The notes under the pieces are model-generated. The model was not told the DNA's origin. It was given only the letters and a program-made list of their open reading frames with translations, and did no database searches. DNA of 64,000 bases, from assembly GCA_035389045.1 (NCBI GenBank), contig DAOORA010000020.1, positions 1-64,000 on the forward strand, given 5' to 3'. Both the position numbers and the translations under genes were made by a program. Positions 20,938 through 31,378 of this stretch are shown here, one piece after another (position 1 is the first letter of the stretch; every line of letters starts with the position of its first letter). This DNA is from Bacteroidales bacterium (GTDB lineage Bacteria; Bacteroidota; Bacteroidia; Bacteroidales; CAIWKO01).

Positions 20938-22716
20938 TTAAAAACTATACAAATTGTCTTCGATCAGCTTTGCCGCGATGCGCCTGCGGGCGTTTTTGAT
21001 GTTTACAGGTTTGAGCATCGTCCAGCTTTCAACGGCATTTTTCAGCCGGGTATATTCCTCTCCTTCTGCAAAAGCGCTTACAGCATCCGTGGCAGACCTT
21101 CGGATAGAAGCTGCCGCTTCATAAACAAAAACATCGAGTATGTCTTTATAGATCTGCACGGCTTCCGCACCCTTCATCTGCTCCAGCTTTTTTACACGTA
21201 GCACTATGGATTCCGCTGCATAAACCTGGATCAGCATGTCGGAGATATTCATCTGTACCTCCTGCTCCATAGAATATTGCTTTCCCAGTGTTTCATATGC
21301 CCTGCCCATGATGAGCAATACGGTCTTTTTAAGATTTACGATAGTTTGAAGATAATAATCAAAATATGATCCTGCTGATAGTGCTTCATTAGCAACATTG
21401 TCCAAGCCGACATAAAGTTGCGCAGCATCGCTGAAAATGGAAGAATCGGCCTTTTTGGCTTGTTTCAGCATCATATCGGCACATACCATACGGTTGATCT
21501 CATTAGTGCCTTCAAAAATGCGATTTATCCTCGAATCACGGTAGCATCTGTCCACAGGCATCTCTGCCGAAAAGCCCATGCCTCCGTGTATCTGAACGGC
21601 TTCATCCACGATATAATCCTGTGATTCAGAGGCAAATACTTTCAGAATGGCCGCTTCCATGGCGTATTCACCAATAGCTTCGAGGTAAGCCTGCCCCTTT
21701 GATTTACCTTCCTGGATATTGATATCAATGGTATCGTCTATATATTTGCTTGTCCGGTATACCGCCGATTCCACGGCAAACAGTTTGATCACCTGTTCGG
21801 CAAGCTTATGCTGAATGGCGCCGAAAGCAGCGATTTTTGATCCGAACTGTTTTCTTTCGTTGGCATAAGCCACCGACTTGTTGATGGTATACCGGCAGGC
21901 TCCGAGCACATTAGCGCCCAGCTTGATGCGTCCGATATGGAGGATATTAAGCGCAATACGGAATCCTTCGCCTCTTTTACCGAGAAGATTGTCAACGGGT
22001 ACTTCACAGTCATTAAAGAATATCTGGACGGTTGATGAACCTTTGATGCCCATCTTATGTTCTTCAGCGCCGAAAGATATGCCCGGAAAGGTACGTTCCA
22101 CGATGAATGCACTTAAGATACGGTCGTCGTCGATCTTGGCAAAAACGGTAAACACATCGGCAAAACCTCCATTGGTGATCCACATCTTTTGTCCGTTCAA
22201 CTTATAATGAGTGCCATCAGCCGATAACACTGCGCGCGTCTTTCCCGAATTGGCATCGGAACCGGCATTGGGCTCCGTCAGGCAGTATGCCCCGGCAAAC
22301 TCGCCCGTCGCAAGTTTGGGCAGGTATTTTTGTTTTTGTTCTTCGTTACCGTAATATAAGATGGGGAGCGTACCAATGCCTGTATGCGCCGAGTAAGCTA
22401 CCGCATAGGAGAATCCTGCCCCCAGCCTGTCGCTGGTCAGCATCGAAGTAATAAAAGATTGTCCGAAGCCATTGTATTCTTCCGGAACCGAAATGCCCAG
22501 CAGTCCAAGTTCGCCTGTCTTTGTGATAAGCTCACGCATCAGCCCGGGTTTCTGGCTGTCAATCACATCAAGAATGGGCTGCACTTCTTTTTCAAGAAAA
22601 TCATCGCAGGTCCCGGCGATCATTTTTTGTTCTTCATCAAATTCCTCCGGAATAAAAATCCCGTCCGAAGATTTTGTAATAAAAGCCCCTCCTTTTAAAT
22701 AATTCTTGTCATCCAT
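20938..22716 (-). CDS. Acyl-CoA dehydrogenase (long FadE type)
   Basis: AYCLTEPNAGSDA, LNGQKMWITNGG, KMGIKGSST, RKQFG, QIHGGMG, RIFEGTNEINR. Confidence 0.95.
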   Translation of the reverse strand: MDDKNYLKGGAFITKSSDGIFIPEEFDEEQKMIAGTCDDFLEKEVQPILDVIDSQKPGLMRELITKTGELGLLGISVPEEYNGFGQSFITSMLTSDRLGAGFSYAVAYSAHTGIGTLPILYYGNEEQKQKYLPKLATGEFAGAYCLTEPNAGSDANSGKTRAVLSADGTHYKLNGQKMWITNGGFADVFTVFAKIDDDRILSAFIVERTFPGISFGAEEHKMGIKGSSTVQIFFNDCEVPVDNLLGKRGEGFRIALNILHIGRIKLGANVLGACRYTINKSVAYANERKQFGSKIAAFGAIQHKLAEQVIKLFAVESAVYRTSKYIDDTIDINIQEGKSKGQAYLEAIGEYAMEAAILKVFASESQDYIVDEAVQIHGGMGFSAEMPVDRCYRDSRINRIFEGTNEINRMVCADMMLKQAKKADSSIFSDAAQLYVGLDNVANEALSAGSYFDYYLQTIVNLKKTVLLIMGRAYETLGKQYSMEQEVQMNISDMLIQVYAAESIVLRVKKLEQMKGAEAVQIYKDILDVFVYEAAASIRRSATDAVSAFAEGEEYTRLKNAVESWTMLKPVNIKNARRRIAAKLIEDNLYSF

Positions 22717-22877
22717 GGTATTTAATCTGAGTTTGTACTTATTTTCAGGTGTGCAAAATTAGCACTTTTCGCTTTAGCATTTTCCGGCAGGAAGATGTTT
22801 AACAAGAATTAACAATTTTTAGCTGTTAGTATAAAATTTTACGTATTTTTGAAATCATTTTTCAATATAAAAAGATC

Positions 22878-23660
22878 ATGAAAAGACTTTTTACTTTAAC
22901 TTTTCTAATACTAATTTCGTGGAGCAGTTTTTCTCAAACTACGACCAACACCGACACAACCTACTGGGGTATAAGCCTTTATGGTTCTGCCGACTATAAC
23001 ATGCAACTGATAAAAGGAAGTACCACTGCCGGGCAGGATGGTGCATTCATGAACAATTTAAGCCTGCCCAGGATTGGTTATTTGTTGGGCTTTTCGATAA
23101 ACCGTCCGGTATCTAAACGATTATCTATGGAGTTTGGGGTATCGTTCCAAAGCCAGGGTTATCGCCTGGGTACCCTGTCGGATACACTATGGAATTACCG
23201 TGATTCAGCCATCGGATTCAACGATTACGAAAAAGCCTGCAGGTATTATTCCATCAACATACCTGTCTTATTGAAAATCACACTGTTCCATATCAAAAAA
23301 GTAAAATTTGACCTCGGCCTGGGGGTTGCACCGGTAATCTCCCTGGGAAAACAACAGGTATCTGTTTTTGATAATCATACCGAAAAGTTCCATGAAAAAT
23401 CAGGCAGAGATATTGATGTTCAAGCACTTGGTTGCCTGAGTGTGTATATTCCGCTAAGCAAAAACATCTCCCTTTCATTAGAGCCGACGTTCCGCTATAA
23501 TATTTTGCCGTACAAAGACAATTATTATGAAGGTGTATCCCGCAATATGATGTCGGCAGGACTGGGTATTTATCTGACCTACAAACTCACTGACGACGAG
23601 ATGTATGATTATTATTACAGACATATCTATCATAACAAAAATCTGCCTCCTGCTTTCTGA
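22878..23660 (+). CDS. Outer-membrane beta-barrel protein
   Basis: Signal peptide; alternating amphipathic beta strands (SINIPVLLK, LSLEPTFRY, SAGLGIYLTYKL). Confidence 0.65.
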   Translation: MKRLFTLTFLILISWSSFSQTTTNTDTTYWGISLYGSADYNMQLIKGSTTAGQDGAFMNNLSLPRIGYLLGFSINRPVSKRLSMEFGVSFQSQGYRLGTLSDTLWNYRDSAIGFNDYEKACRYYSINIPVLLKITLFHIKKVKFDLGLGVAPVISLGKQQVSVFDNHTEKFHEKSGRDIDVQALGCLSVYIPLSKNISLSLEPTFRYNILPYKDNYYEGVSRNMMSAGLGIYLTYKLTDDEMYDYYYRHIYHNKNLPPAF

Positions 23661-23684
23661 TGTATCCAATCTGCTACCGGCGAT

Positions 23685-24134
23685 ATGCTAAGTAAAATTC
23701 AAATAAAAAACCGCCGGGCTGTATTCGAGTATTTCCTGATAGAACAACTGACAGCCGGTATCGTTCTCACAGGGACAGAAATAAAGTCGCTGAGGGATGG
23801 GAAATCATCTATTAATGAGGCTTACTGTGTTTTCAAAAACAATGAGCTCTTTGTGATAAACATGCACATTGCCGAATATACCTATGGCACCTACCTGAAC
23901 CATGCCCCCAAACGCGACCGCAAACTACTGCTCAGCAAGCGGGAACTGAAAAAGTGGCAGGGCAAGGTAAAAGAAAAAGGATTTACCATTGTGCCCGTGA
24001 TGCTTCATATCAATGAAAAAGGGCTTGCCAAACTCGACATCGCCCTGGCAAAGGGCAAACACTCCTACGATAAGAGAGAATCGCTGAAAGAAAAAGACCT
24101 TAAACGGGAAATGAGCCGCAAAGAACGAGAATAA
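23685..24134 (+). CDS. smpB: SsrA-binding protein
   Basis: [37 protein letters not shown]. Confidence 0.97.
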   Translation: MLSKIQIKNRRAVFEYFLIEQLTAGIVLTGTEIKSLRDGKSSINEAYCVFKNNELFVINMHIAEYTYGTYLNHAPKRDRKLLLSKRELKKWQGKVKEKGFTIVPVMLHINEKGLAKLDIALAKGKHSYDKRESLKEKDLKREMSRKERE

Positions 24135-24166
24135 TACGCCATAATAATAACTATCGTCTGCGAACC

Positions 24167-25981
24167 ATGAAAAAGGCGCCTGTTAAACAGCACAAAACCC
24201 CACCCCAACCTGGCCATGCCGCAGGTATTAAGTCACAAAACAGCAAAACGGACTTGTTGTTTATGCTAATCATTGCCTTACTGTGTACAGCGCTTTATTT
24301 TCCGGCACTTACCTTTTCTATTGACGTTTGGGATGATCCCTATTATGTCACTGAAAACCTGACTATCCGGTCCTTTTCGAATCTGGGTGAACTTTTCACC
24401 AACAGTTTTGTGGGCAACTATCAGCCGGTGACCATACTATCCTACATGATCGAATATGCCATCGTGAAGAACTCCCCTTTTCTTTACCATCTCGACAATA
24501 TGTTGTTACATATTATAAATGCTGTTCTCTGCTTTTTACTGATCACCAAACTGGCAAAAAACAGCCATACCGGCTTTGTGGCTGGCGTGCTGTTCGCTGT
24601 TCACCCGCTTCACATCGAATCTGTGGCATGGATCTCACAACGCAAAGACCTCCTGTACTGCCTGTTTTATTTTTTAAGTATTATTTTTTACCTCAGTTAT
24701 AAAGAAAAAAATGCCACAAAATATTTACTCATTTCCTTGGTAATGTTTGTGTTGTCGTGCCTGTCGAAAGGCATGGCGATCGTATTGCCGCTGACCCTGA
24801 TACTCATTGATTTTAGTTTCGGCAAAAAGTTCACCATCAGATCACAGGCCAATAAAATCCCTTTTATCCTGATCTCTATAATACTTGGGATTCTTGCCGT
24901 AGCGATACAGAAAGAAAGCGGGGCGGTAGGGTTTACCTCGAAAGACATTTTTTCTGCCGGCGAAAAGTTTTTCTTTGTGAATTACAGTCATTTCTTTTAT
25001 ATATGGAAAATGATACTGCCGTTTCATCTGTCGGGACTGTATCCCTATCCTATGCAGACAGGTTCGTTGCCCGTGATTTTTTATTTATCGGCTGCATTTA
25101 ACCTGCTGATCCTTGCAGGGGTGATATTTTCACTGAGGTACTCCAGAAAAATACTATTTGGTTATGGTTTTTATCTCATCAATGTCATAATGATCCTGCA
25201 AATATTATCGGTAGGTTCTGCCATAGCTGCCGACAGGTATTTCTATGTGGCTTCGGCAGGTTTGTTTTACCTGGCAGGTATTGGCATCAGCAAAATCAGC
25301 GAATTACAATTATTTAAAAAAATAAAATATTTTTCTTTCATAATACTTGCTTTTATCACAGTTTATTTTTCAGTGATATCTTTCACCCGGATGCCGGTAT
25401 GGAAAAATTCGGGAACATTCTGGACCGACGTAACCCAAAAACATCCTGAAATTGATGTGGCATGGTTCAATGCGGGCGCCTATTATTTTTCAAATAAACA
25501 ATATGATGAGTCCTTACGCTATTTTGACCGCGCTATAGCTATCAATCCGGAGAATTTACGTGCTCTGGAAGTCCGGAGTGCGATCCTGTCGGATAAAAAG
25601 AATTTTCAGGGCGCCTTGAATGACTATCTGAAGATCATTGAAATTGATTCCAATAAGGCGGATGCTTATTCAAAAGCCGGAGAAATTTATGGCAAATACC
25701 TTAATGATATTGAAAAAAGCATTTATTTCCTGACAAAAGCCGTAGCAAAGAATCCCCGCGACGAAAGGGCCTGCTGCAATCTTGGTGTAGCTTACTCCAT
25801 CAAAGCAGACCATGACCATGCCCTGAATTATTTCCTGATGGCGTATCACATTAACCCTGATGACCCGACTATCTGTTCCAATCTCTCCACTTTGTACCGG
25901 ATGAAGGGCAACCTGAAAAAATCCGATGAGTTTTTGAACAGGGCAAAGCAATTAGCATCGGGGCAACCAAAGCCACAATGA
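24167..25981 (+). CDS. TMTC-like GT-C membrane glycosyltransferase with TPRs (paralog of 11527..13428)
   Basis: WDDPYYV, GNYQPVT, FAVHPLHIESVAWISQRKD, AADRYFY, TPR tail. Confidence 0.85.
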   Translation: MKKAPVKQHKTPPQPGHAAGIKSQNSKTDLLFMLIIALLCTALYFPALTFSIDVWDDPYYVTENLTIRSFSNLGELFTNSFVGNYQPVTILSYMIEYAIVKNSPFLYHLDNMLLHIINAVLCFLLITKLAKNSHTGFVAGVLFAVHPLHIESVAWISQRKDLLYCLFYFLSIIFYLSYKEKNATKYLLISLVMFVLSCLSKGMAIVLPLTLILIDFSFGKKFTIRSQANKIPFILISIILGILAVAIQKESGAVGFTSKDIFSAGEKFFFVNYSHFFYIWKMILPFHLSGLYPYPMQTGSLPVIFYLSAAFNLLILAGVIFSLRYSRKILFGYGFYLINVIMILQILSVGSAIAADRYFYVASAGLFYLAGIGISKISELQLFKKIKYFSFIILAFITVYFSVISFTRMPVWKNSGTFWTDVTQKHPEIDVAWFNAGAYYFSNKQYDESLRYFDRAIAINPENLRALEVRSAILSDKKNFQGALNDYLKIIEIDSNKADAYSKAGEIYGKYLNDIEKSIYFLTKAVAKNPRDERACCNLGVAYSIKADHDHALNYFLMAYHINPDDPTICSNLSTLYRMKGNLKKSDEFLNRAKQLASGQPKPQ

Positions 25982-26059
25982 TAATGATGTCAAAGCAAAA
26001 GAAATACCGCCGGGAAATTATTATCTGTGCATACCCGCAACCCTGACAAAATAAAGTAT

Positions 26060-26725
26060 ATGCAATCGTTAATAATATGTATAATTTTTACATTTTTTTT
26101 AGTCAATACCCGTGGATATTCTCAAAATATCCTGGATTTTTTCCAGATGCTGCCCGATTCGTCTGTACTGGGATTAAGCAAAGAAGAACGAAAAAAGATC
26201 ACCGTGTTATCGAAAGATAATCAGACTTATGAAGATGCCCTGGAAGATATCAGCCAGGGAGGTATACTCTATTCCTTTGAGGTGGCCGATATAAAAAACG
26301 GTTTTCTTAAACTCGCCGGGGCCATGGAAGGCAGCCTGCAATTATGTTACTGGAAACTGGACAATGGCGACAAGATGATCGCCGTATACCAGGAGGGTTG
26401 CGGACCCGAATGTTATGTGGAACGTTTCGACTTCTATACCTATGACGGGAAAACATTTTCGATACTGCCCTATGAAAAGGTCATACCTGATATTTATCAT
26501 GATTTCTTTAAAAAAGATATTGCTGCGGCGCTGAGCGATATGGAAATGCTGGCTATCAGCGCAAGCCTGTTGTTTGAGCTGCCCCGTGAAGGAAAAAACA
26601 TACTTGCAAAATGGGGAAACAGCGAAGAAAAAGTGACCTATGAAGAATTTGCACGGGGCGACCGTATGGTACTGATCTGGAACAACGGCCGGTTTGAAAA
26701 AGGGAAACTGTACTGGAGCAGGTAG
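26060..26725 (+). CDS. Hypothetical exported protein
   Basis: ATG at 26060 gives a signal peptide; CGPEC motif; no confident family. Confidence 0.65.
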   Translation: MQSLIICIIFTFFLVNTRGYSQNILDFFQMLPDSSVLGLSKEERKKITVLSKDNQTYEDALEDISQGGILYSFEVADIKNGFLKLAGAMEGSLQLCYWKLDNGDKMIAVYQEGCGPECYVERFDFYTYDGKTFSILPYEKVIPDIYHDFFKKDIAAALSDMEMLAISASLLFELPREGKNILAKWGNSEEKVTYEEFARGDRMVLIWNNGRFEKGKLYWSR

Positions 26726-26741
26726 CGGCACCGTTCGTTGC

Positions 26742-27404
26742 TCAGGCCTTGCCCTGAAATTCATCATCGGGCATCATATAATCAATGTTGCCGTGGTCAT
26801 CCTCATCATCATCCCAATGATAAACTTCTTTCTGCAGGCCTTTTTTACGGTAAAACACCGCCAGCACAAAACCGGCTAAACCTCCCATCAGATGCGACTC
26901 CCAGGAGATGTTTCGTTTCGGAAAAAAGTCGGGAAATATCCCCCAGAATAAGCCGCCGTAAAGAAAAATGATCAGCAGCGAGATGGCCATCAGGCGGGCA
27001 TTACGCCGTATCATACCGCTGAAAAACAAAAAACTGATGTAGCCGTATACAATACCGCTGGCCCCGATGTGGAATGCATTGCCCCTGGCAAACGACCATA
27101 CCCATACACCAGTGAACAGCCATACAAGAAAAAAAACCTGAAAAGCAACCTCCCTGTAAAAATAAAAAATGATGCTCAGCGACACAAACAAAGGCACTGT
27201 ATTGGCAATCACATGTCCAAAGTCTGCATGTATGAACGGCGCCGTGATTACACCCAGCAAACCACGGGACGTCAATGGTAAAATGCCTAATTCACTGAAA
27301 TCAGACTGGGTATAATACTCAACGACTTTCACCACCCACATCACCAGAATGACTGCAAAAGGGAACATCATGCCCGACAACATACGAATGTATTCTTTGT
27401 TCAT
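26742..27404 (-). CDS. Rhomboid intramembrane serine protease
   Basis: APFIHADFGH..ANT, HIGASG, ISWESHLMG. Confidence 0.92.
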   Translation of the reverse strand: MNKEYIRMLSGMMFPFAVILVMWVVKVVEYYTQSDFSELGILPLTSRGLLGVITAPFIHADFGHVIANTVPLFVSLSIIFYFYREVAFQVFFLVWLFTGVWVWSFARGNAFHIGASGIVYGYISFLFFSGMIRRNARLMAISLLIIFLYGGLFWGIFPDFFPKRNISWESHLMGGLAGFVLAVFYRKKGLQKEVYHWDDDEDDHGNIDYMMPDDEFQGKA

Positions 27405-27544
27405 TCCATATTAGATTGTAAGGGTGGGTGCTGAATATCGTTTTAAAATAAATGACCAGATAAAGATACACAAAACTCAATAATATAACTTTATCAACGT
27501 TAAAATAAGAGTTCTTTTTTGTTTACTTTTGCACTTAAATTCAT

Positions 27545-29197
27545 ATGTTCACGAATAAAAAACAAGCCGTTACCATGAAGAAATTTGTTGATAACAAACT
27601 GATTATGAAAATATTGATTATCATTGCCGTATTCAATTTTTTCATACCCAATACTTTTGCACAGCAGCCGCACGATCCCAAAAAGACCGATCAGAAGTTT
27701 GCTGCTGCCCTTCAGGTCGTGAGATTACAATATGTAGACACGGTCAATGAGGGAAAACTGACCGAAGCGGCCATTTCGGCCATGCTCAAGGAACTGGATC
27801 CTCATTCGGTATACATGTCAAAAGAAGATATCGACAAAGCCAATGAGCCCCTGGTAGGAAATTTCGATGGAATAGGGGTTCAATTCAATATTATCAAGGA
27901 TACCATCATCGTGATCACACCCACTCCCAACGGGCCTTCCGAAAAATTAGGCATCATGTCGGGCGACAAAATTGTGAAGATTGACGGTGAAGATGCCGTC
28001 GGAAAAAAGGTAAACAGTGATTATGTGGTAAAAAAACTCCGCGGACCCAAAGGCAGCTCGGTGAAAGTAAGCATTTTCAGACGCGGAAAGAAAGAATTAC
28101 TCGAATATACCATCGTCAGGGACAAAATTCCAATCAACAGCATCGACGCCGCATACATGGCCACGGACGAGATAGGATATATCAAACTCAACAAGTTTGC
28201 ACAAAACACCATGGCAGAATTTTCAGAAGCCCTGCTTAAACTGAAAAAGAACGGGCTGAAAAGCCTGATCCTTGATCTGCGCGACAATTCGGGCGGCTAC
28301 CTCAACACCGCCATAGAACTTGCCGACGAGTTTCTGAAAAAAGACCAGATGATCGTTTATACCGAAGGCGTGAACTCACTGCGGCAGGTGAACAATGCCA
28401 CCACCAAAGGAGAATTTGAAAAAGGGAAACTGGTTATCCTCATCAACGAAGGTTCAGCCTCTGCCAGCGAGATCGTCACGGGGGCCGTGCAGGACTGGGA
28501 CAGAGGCCTCGTCATCGGACGCAGGTCATTTGGTAAAGGGCTGGTTCAGCGGCCGTTCTCCCTGCCCGACCAATCGGTCATCCGGCTGACAACGGCTCAT
28601 TATTACACACCTACAGGCCGCTGTGTGCAAAAACCTTATGACGAAGGCGTCGAAAAATATTATAAAGACCTCACCAACCGTTTCAAACATGGCGAACTTA
28701 TGAACCCCGACAGCATAAAATTCCCGGATTCGCTGAAGTATTATACCCCGAACAAACGTTTGGTATACGGTGGCGGAGGTATCATGCCCGATATCTTTAT
28801 TCCCCTCGACACGACAAGAATTTCCGATTATTACACCGACCTGATGCGAAAAAACATTATCAACCAGTTTATTCTGAAATATCTGGACGGGAACCGCGAC
28901 AAGCTGAAAGCTCAGTATTCCGGTGTGGAAGCTTTTCTCGACCAATATTTCCTCGATGAGCAGTTTATGGATGAATTCTTTAAATTTTCAGAGGCTGAAG
29001 GCGTTAAAAAAGATGAAGAAGGATTCAAGACCTCCGAAAAGTATATACGAAACTTCATCAAGGCCTGGGTAGCCCGAAACCTCTGGGATTACGAAGCCTA
29101 CTGGCGTATCAGCAACGAACAGGATGATGTTTTCATGGAAGCGGTAAAGGCCATCGAAAGCAAAGACATGTTCAGGAGCAACAAGATCATGTTCTAA
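27545..29197 (+). CDS. S41 family C-terminal processing protease (PDZ)
   Basis: LDPHS, DLRDNSGG, SASASEIV.GA.QD, SFGKGLVQ, YYTPTGR; true start may be 27575 or 27605. Confidence 0.93.
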   Translation: MFTNKKQAVTMKKFVDNKLIMKILIIIAVFNFFIPNTFAQQPHDPKKTDQKFAAALQVVRLQYVDTVNEGKLTEAAISAMLKELDPHSVYMSKEDIDKANEPLVGNFDGIGVQFNIIKDTIIVITPTPNGPSEKLGIMSGDKIVKIDGEDAVGKKVNSDYVVKKLRGPKGSSVKVSIFRRGKKELLEYTIVRDKIPINSIDAAYMATDEIGYIKLNKFAQNTMAEFSEALLKLKKNGLKSLILDLRDNSGGYLNTAIELADEFLKKDQMIVYTEGVNSLRQVNNATTKGEFEKGKLVILINEGSASASEIVTGAVQDWDRGLVIGRRSFGKGLVQRPFSLPDQSVIRLTTAHYYTPTGRCVQKPYDEGVEKYYKDLTNRFKHGELMNPDSIKFPDSLKYYTPNKRLVYGGGGIMPDIFIPLDTTRISDYYTDLMRKNIINQFILKYLDGNRDKLKAQYSGVEAFLDQYFLDEQFMDEFFKFSEAEGVKKDEEGFKTSEKYIRNFIKAWVARNLWDYEAYWRISNEQDDVFMEAVKAIESKDMFRSNKIMF

Positions 29198-29267
29198 GAC
29201 CGGGAAGTGGTTCTTATGCTATATCGGATAGCCTGATTCCTGGAAAGTCAGATTATTATTTTCCCTT

Positions 29268-29329
29268 ATCTGCGAAAATCAGCGTAATCTGCGGGAAATT
29301 TTTTCTCGCAAAGACGCGAAGGCGCAAAG
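29268..29329. repeat. 9-mer/8-mer repeat element containing 30-mer TCTGCGGGAAATTTTTTCTCGCAAAGACGC
   Basis: AATCTGCG-type 9-mers, then the 30-mer at 29288-29317, which is identical to 30979-31008 and 31109-31138. Confidence 0.85.
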
Positions 29330-29365
29330 TTATTTTTCATTTGTTATCCATAATTTTGTAATGGA

Positions 29366-30736
29366 TTATAAACCCGTTTCCTCTATAATCCGGGGCAGCT
29401 GGCTAATAAGGTACAGAGGTAGTGAGATCAAGGTAAAATTCAGTTCGCCGCTCTTGTTGCCGGCTCTTACTCTGGCATGAAAAGTTCCAATTGAAGGATA
29501 ATCCGTATTGAAGCGTATTCCTGTGGTTAATTTTTTTTCAAACAAATATACATGCATAGATTTCAAACTGCCGGTTTTCCCTGATTTAATTTCAATGGGG
29601 TAAATGGAATTATTATTTTGAAACAAAAAATCCACTTCGGCATCGGCATTTTTTTCTTCCCTGAGCCAATAAAAAAGTTCGGGCTCTGCATAAGCCGGAT
29701 GAAGATGCAGAAGTTCCTGGCCTGCAAATTGTTCTGCCATAATTCCTTCATGGATGTTCAATAATTTTAAGGGGTCAGTAAGCTGAATTCTGTTCATGCT
29801 GTTGGATAAGCCAATATCCAGAAACAAGGTTTTATATACTTCATCATTTCTATGCCTGCTAACCGGAATTTGCGAAGCATTGCTATGCCTGACCATGGTG
29901 ATTATCTTACTAAGCTCAAGCTTGCGAATTGCTTCTTTTAATACCGCAGAGCGGTTTTCCCTGTCAATGTTGACATATTTAATTTTCGCGCATGGATTCT
30001 GGCCTGTATATTTTAACACAGTATTCAAATGTTGTTGCTGACTGCGTGTTCCATATTTGGCAAAATCGTATTTGAATGAAGTGAGGATGTTGCTGTGTAA
30101 TTTTTCAATCTCAGTAAGTTTTTTTGTTTCAACGTATGTGTGAATGGCTTCGGGCATCCCTCCGATAAAGAAATAGTACCGTAACAAATCGAGCAATCTT
30201 TTATGTACCGCCTCGCTGATTTGCTTTTGCATGGAGAAGTTTTTAATATAATCAAGCATTTTCACTTCGCCAAGAGCTGTCAAAAACTCGGTGAAACTCA
30301 TGGGATACATGTGGCAAAATTCGACTCTGCCAACGGGCATGGGAAGTTTTAATTCATTTAACGTATGGTCAAGCAAGGAACCTGCAGCAATCAGATGAAG
30401 CTGCGGGAGCTTTTCATGGAAATATCTCAATTGTGTGATTGCTTCAGGGCAACTCTGTATCTCATCAATAAACAACAGGGTTTTTCCGGGTTCAATATCG
30501 GTATTATAAATTACAGAAAGTTCATCCAGTATTGCCCGGGGATCTCTGTTTTTGAAAAGTTCTTTCAGCTCGGGATTTTCTTCAAGGTTCAGCGTAATGT
30601 AATTGGCAAAATGATTTTTGGCAAACTGCTCCACGGCATACGTTTTACCAACCTGGCGTGCACCCCTTAACAACAAAGGTTTGTGATTCTTATTGTTTTT
30701 CCATTCAATTAATAGTTGTATAATATCTCTTTCCAT
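29366..30736 (-). CDS. AAA ATPase (AAA_14 + DUF4143) with C-terminal PD-(D/E)xK-like nuclease motif
   Basis: Walker A GARQVGKT, Walker B FIDEIQ, GGMPEA, EVDFL...PIEIKSG. Confidence 0.9.
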   Translation of the reverse strand: MERDIIQLLIEWKNNKNHKPLLLRGARQVGKTYAVEQFAKNHFANYITLNLEENPELKELFKNRDPRAILDELSVIYNTDIEPGKTLLFIDEIQSCPEAITQLRYFHEKLPQLHLIAAGSLLDHTLNELKLPMPVGRVEFCHMYPMSFTEFLTALGEVKMLDYIKNFSMQKQISEAVHKRLLDLLRYYFFIGGMPEAIHTYVETKKLTEIEKLHSNILTSFKYDFAKYGTRSQQQHLNTVLKYTGQNPCAKIKYVNIDRENRSAVLKEAIRKLELSKIITMVRHSNASQIPVSRHRNDEVYKTLFLDIGLSNSMNRIQLTDPLKLLNIHEGIMAEQFAGQELLHLHPAYAEPELFYWLREEKNADAEVDFLFQNNNSIYPIEIKSGKTGSLKSMHVYLFEKKLTTGIRFNTDYPSIGTFHARVRAGNKSGELNFTLISLPLYLISQLPRIIEETGL

Positions 30737-30893
30737 GCTAATTTATGGTTGTTTTTTATCATTATTAATGCAAAAATACAACTATTTATTTGAAAATACA
30801 AATTTTTTTTGCAGGTGCAGGGGTAACTTTGTAATAGCCATCAGCCTGAGGTAATAATCATGCTATTTTATGCTTTGTACAAGCTCTTTCAGG

Positions 30894-31149
30894 GCAAAGA
30901 CGCAAAGACGCTAAGTTTTTCTCTCGCAAAGACGCAAAGGTGCAAAGATTTTTTTCTATTTCTCTGCGACTCTGCGGCTCTGCGGGAAATTTTTTCTCGC
31001 AAAGACGCNNNNNNNNNNNNNNNNNNNNNNNNNNNNNNNNNNNNNNNNNNNNNNNNNNNNNNNNNNNNNNNNNNNNNNNNNNNNNNNNNNNNNNNNNNNN
31101 NNNNNNNNTCTGCGGGAAATTTTTTCTCGCAAAGACGCAAAGGCACAAG
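30894..31149. repeat. Octamer arrays (GCAAAGAC)n and (CTCTGCGR)n plus two copies of the 30-mer, interrupted by a gap
   Basis: Read directly; the arrays are inverted relative to each other. Confidence 0.85.
31009..31108. other. Assembly gap (100 N)
   Basis: Run of N with an identical 30-mer on each side. Confidence 0.99.
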
Positions 31150-31378
31150 GTCAGATTTTTAATTGCTCTTTATTTGCGGATATCTGCGTTCTACTGTGGC
31201 GGTCTCAGGGGGAAACTTTTATAGCATAGTTCACACTATGACATTTTATGTCCTATCTATATTTGAACTTCTATTCAGAACATACTATTCGCTATCAATC
31301 TCAATACCCTGTCCCGCTTACCTTATCCAGGGTTGAAAACATTAAGGATCTATGTGTCGTATTTAATATTAATATATG

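Noticed and set aside
23685..24166. tmRNA gene next to smpB
   Set aside because: The flanks are too short and no tRNA-like ends were seen
29288..31138. CRISPR array suggested by a 30-bp palindromic repeat in three exact copies
   Set aside because: No regular repeat-spacer periodicity, the copies are embedded in octamer arrays, and no cas genes are present; the gap content is unknown
30858..31224. ORFs spanning the N run
   Set aside because: Translations of repeats and Ns, not genes
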